Shown here in pieces: positions 62,224-64,000 of a stretch of DNA of 64,000 nt (positions are counted from its first letter, which is position 1; every line of letters begins with the position of its first letter). The DNA is taken from the NCBI GenBank assembly GCA_963701965.1, contig OY969695.1:4480001-4544000 (forward strand), written 5' to 3'. Under the pieces are notes generated by a model. The model was not told where the DNA came from. It made no database searches and saw only the letters and a list, made by a program, of their open reading frames with translations. This DNA is from an uncultured Gemmatimonadales bacterium. GTDB taxonomy: Bacteria > Gemmatimonadota > Gemmatimonadetes > Gemmatimonadales > Gemmatimonadaceae. Made by a program: the position numbers and the translations under genes.

Positions 62224-62994
62224 ATGTCACGCCTGCGCACCACGTTGGCCGTTGCCGGCACCGCGGCCCTCGGACTCATCGCCGGATCGTGCGCCGGCCA
62301 TCTCGATCTCGCGAAGTTTCACGGGACGAACGAGGAGCTGTATGCTCGCTCGGTGCACGCGTTCACCAAGCACAACTGGGATGACGCGGTCGCCGGGTTC
62401 GAGAAGTTGACGCTCGAGCTTCCGGCCCACGACACGCTGCTGTCCCGCGCCCATTTCTATCTCGGCGCGGCGCACGAGCACCGCTCCGAGTATCTGCTCG
62501 CGGCCCAAAGCTACTCGCGCTTGGCCGAGTCGTTCCCCGACGACTCGTTGGCCGACCGCTCGCTCTACAACGCCGGCCGCTGCTATCAAAAAATGTGGCA
62601 TCGCCCCGACCTGGACGCCCAGAATGGCGAATCGGCGCTGACATCGTACCAGCAGCTGCTGTCCCTCTACCCGGGTTCGCCGCTGGCGCCGGACGCGCAG
62701 AAGCAGATCGGGCGCTTGGACGAGTGGTTCGCGCAGAAGGACTACACGAACGGGGTGCACTACTACAAGCGCAAGGCCTACGACTCGTCGATCATCTATT
62801 TCAAAGACGTCGTCAAGAACTACCCGACGACGGCAATGGCGCGGCGGGCGCAGCTCAAGCTCGTCGATGCCTATCGGGCGATCCACTACCGGGACGACGC
62901 CAACGACGTGTGCACGTCGCTCCGCACGGCGTATCCGGGCGACCGGGAAGTCCGCGATCACTGCGGGATCGCGGTCAGCGCGCAACGGCCTTGA
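62224..62994 (+). CDS. bamD: Outer membrane protein assembly factor BamD
   Basis: Lipobox AGSC, TPR repeats, LLSLYPGS, YYKRKAYDSSIIYF. An alternative GTG start lies at 62200. Confidence 0.85.
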   Translation: MSRLRTTLAVAGTAALGLIAGSCAGHLDLAKFHGTNEELYARSVHAFTKHNWDDAVAGFEKLTLELPAHDTLLSRAHFYLGAAHEHRSEYLLAAQSYSRLAESFPDDSLADRSLYNAGRCYQKMWHRPDLDAQNGESALTSYQQLLSLYPGSPLAPDAQKQIGRLDEWFAQKDYTNGVHYYKRKAYDSSIIYFKDVVKNYPTTAMARRAQLKLVDAYRAIHYRDDANDVCTSLRTAYPGDREVRDHCGIAVSAQRP

Positions 62995-63020
62995 GCCCCG
63001 GCCCGGCGCCACGCTAGGGC

Positions 63021-63617
63021 GTGCGGCTCGGCATCTTCGGGGGGACGTTCGATCCCCCCCATATCGGCCACCTGCTCGTCGGCACCGACGCGGTCGAAGC
63101 GTTGGGCCTCGATCGGCTCCTGTGGATACCGGCCGCCCGGCAACCCCTCAAGGCCCACGCCCATCTCGCCCCGGCGGCCGCCCGTCTGGAGATGACGCGA
63201 CGACTGGTCGGGGACGACCCGCGATTCGCGGTGGACGCCATCGAAATCGACCGGGATGGGTTATCTTTCACGGTCGATACACTCGCCGCGCTTGCCGAAC
63301 GTGAGCCGGACGCGGAGCGGTTTCTTCTGCTCGGTGCGGACGCGTGGGCGCTGTTCCGGCAATGGCGGGAGCCCGCGGCGATCCTGCGGCTGGCCACCGT
63401 CGTGGTCCTGACGCGGGGCGAGGCGGTCGCCGACACGCTGGTGGAACCGGCGCCGCGGGTGCTGCCGAGTCGCCGTATCGACGTATCTTCGACCGAGATC
63501 AGGGCGCGCGTGCGCGCGGGACGTTCGATCCGCGGGTTCGTGCCGGAAGCGGTACGCGACTACATCGAGCGCAGCGGGCTGTACCGAGAGAACGGGTATG
63601 CTGAAACGACTGATTAG
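63021..63617 (+). CDS. nadD: Nicotinate-nucleotide adenylyltransferase
   Basis: GGTFDPPHIGH, SFTVDTL, LLGAD, VSSTEIR. Confidence 0.96.
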   Translation: MRLGIFGGTFDPPHIGHLLVGTDAVEALGLDRLLWIPAARQPLKAHAHLAPAAARLEMTRRLVGDDPRFAVDAIEIDRDGLSFTVDTLAALAEREPDAERFLLLGADAWALFRQWREPAAILRLATVVVLTRGEAVADTLVEPAPRVLPSRRIDVSSTEIRARVRAGRSIRGFVPEAVRDYIERSGLYRENGYAETTD

Positions 63618-64000
63618 CGGGGTCTTCGGAACCCGTCACGAGCGCGAGCGGAAGCGCATCCAACCGCTCGTGGACGATATCAACGCGCACTACGAGCGCC
63701 TGCACGGCATCTCGGAGGACGAGCTGCGCGCGCAAACCGCGCGCTTTCGAGAGATCTTGGCCGAGCGGACCAGTGACCTCGAGGGAAAGGTCGCCGAGCT
63801 CAAGGCGGCCAAGCGCGTCGCCCCGGATCCCGCGGAGCGCGAGCGCATCGACACGGAGCTGGTCGGCGGCGATGGGCGCGGAGGCGCCGAGGGCGCGCTT
63901 CGCGAAGCCGTCGGGGAGACGCTGTACGAGCTCCTGCCCGAGGCCTTCGCCACGGTACGGGAAGCGTGTCGGCGCCTCGTCGGCACGTCGGTACCGGTCA
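63598..64000 (+). CDS. secA: Preprotein translocase SecA, N-terminal part (runs off the window end)
   Basis: MLKRLISGVFGTRHERERKRIQPLVDDIN...SEDELRAQTARFR...LLPEAFATVREACRRL. Confidence 0.92.
   Translation, partial: MLKRLISGVFGTRHERERKRIQPLVDDINAHYERLHGISEDELRAQTARFREILAERTSDLEGKVAELKAAKRVAPDPAERERIDTELVGGDGRGGAEGALREAVGETLYELLPEAFATVREACRRLVGTSVPV

Overview
A GC-rich bacterial chromosome segment made mostly of densely packed, translationally coupled core genes. Gene content and order suggest a diderm, probably Gemmatimonadota (inference only). Left half, in order: a PhnCDE-like ABC transporter, an alcohol dehydrogenase, a peroxiredoxin, two two-component systems, a TonB/ExbB/ExbD/ExbD/TonB-like motor, transporters around a K+-independent H+-pyrophosphatase, a peptidoglycan-sugar salvage cluster (NamZ, two SSS symporters, BadF-type kinase), an ino1 plus CDP-alcohol phosphatidyltransferase pair, 2-oxoacid dehydrogenase E1a/E1b/E2, and a long redox-flavoured operon of unknowns ending in an Rrf2 regulator. 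Right half: tRNA-Leu(CAG), a ~3.4 kb foreign-looking islet with a Schlafen/AlbA_2-GHKL-wHTH gene and att-like repeats just upstream of smpB, amidase-pyrD-pyrF, a stand-alone alpha operon extended by rpmB, a nucleotide-sugar cluster (gmd, rmd, wbpDBEA-like, ugd, uxs) with carB embedded, a TPR gene, bamD, nadD and the start of secA. Best leads: (1) a multibranch RNA with possible kissing loops between rpsD and rpoA; (2) a ~100-nt hairpin that sequesters the kinase RBS, upstream of a sigma54-type activator lacking GAFTGA; (3) two frameshifts in the identical 9-mer AGCATTCTG plus recurrent GAT-to-AAT changes, possibly the footprint of a modified motif; (4) the Schlafen islet; (5) inositol-lipid genes; (6) a Cys-motif unknown coupled to trxB. 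All family calls come from motif recognition by eye; no searches were run.
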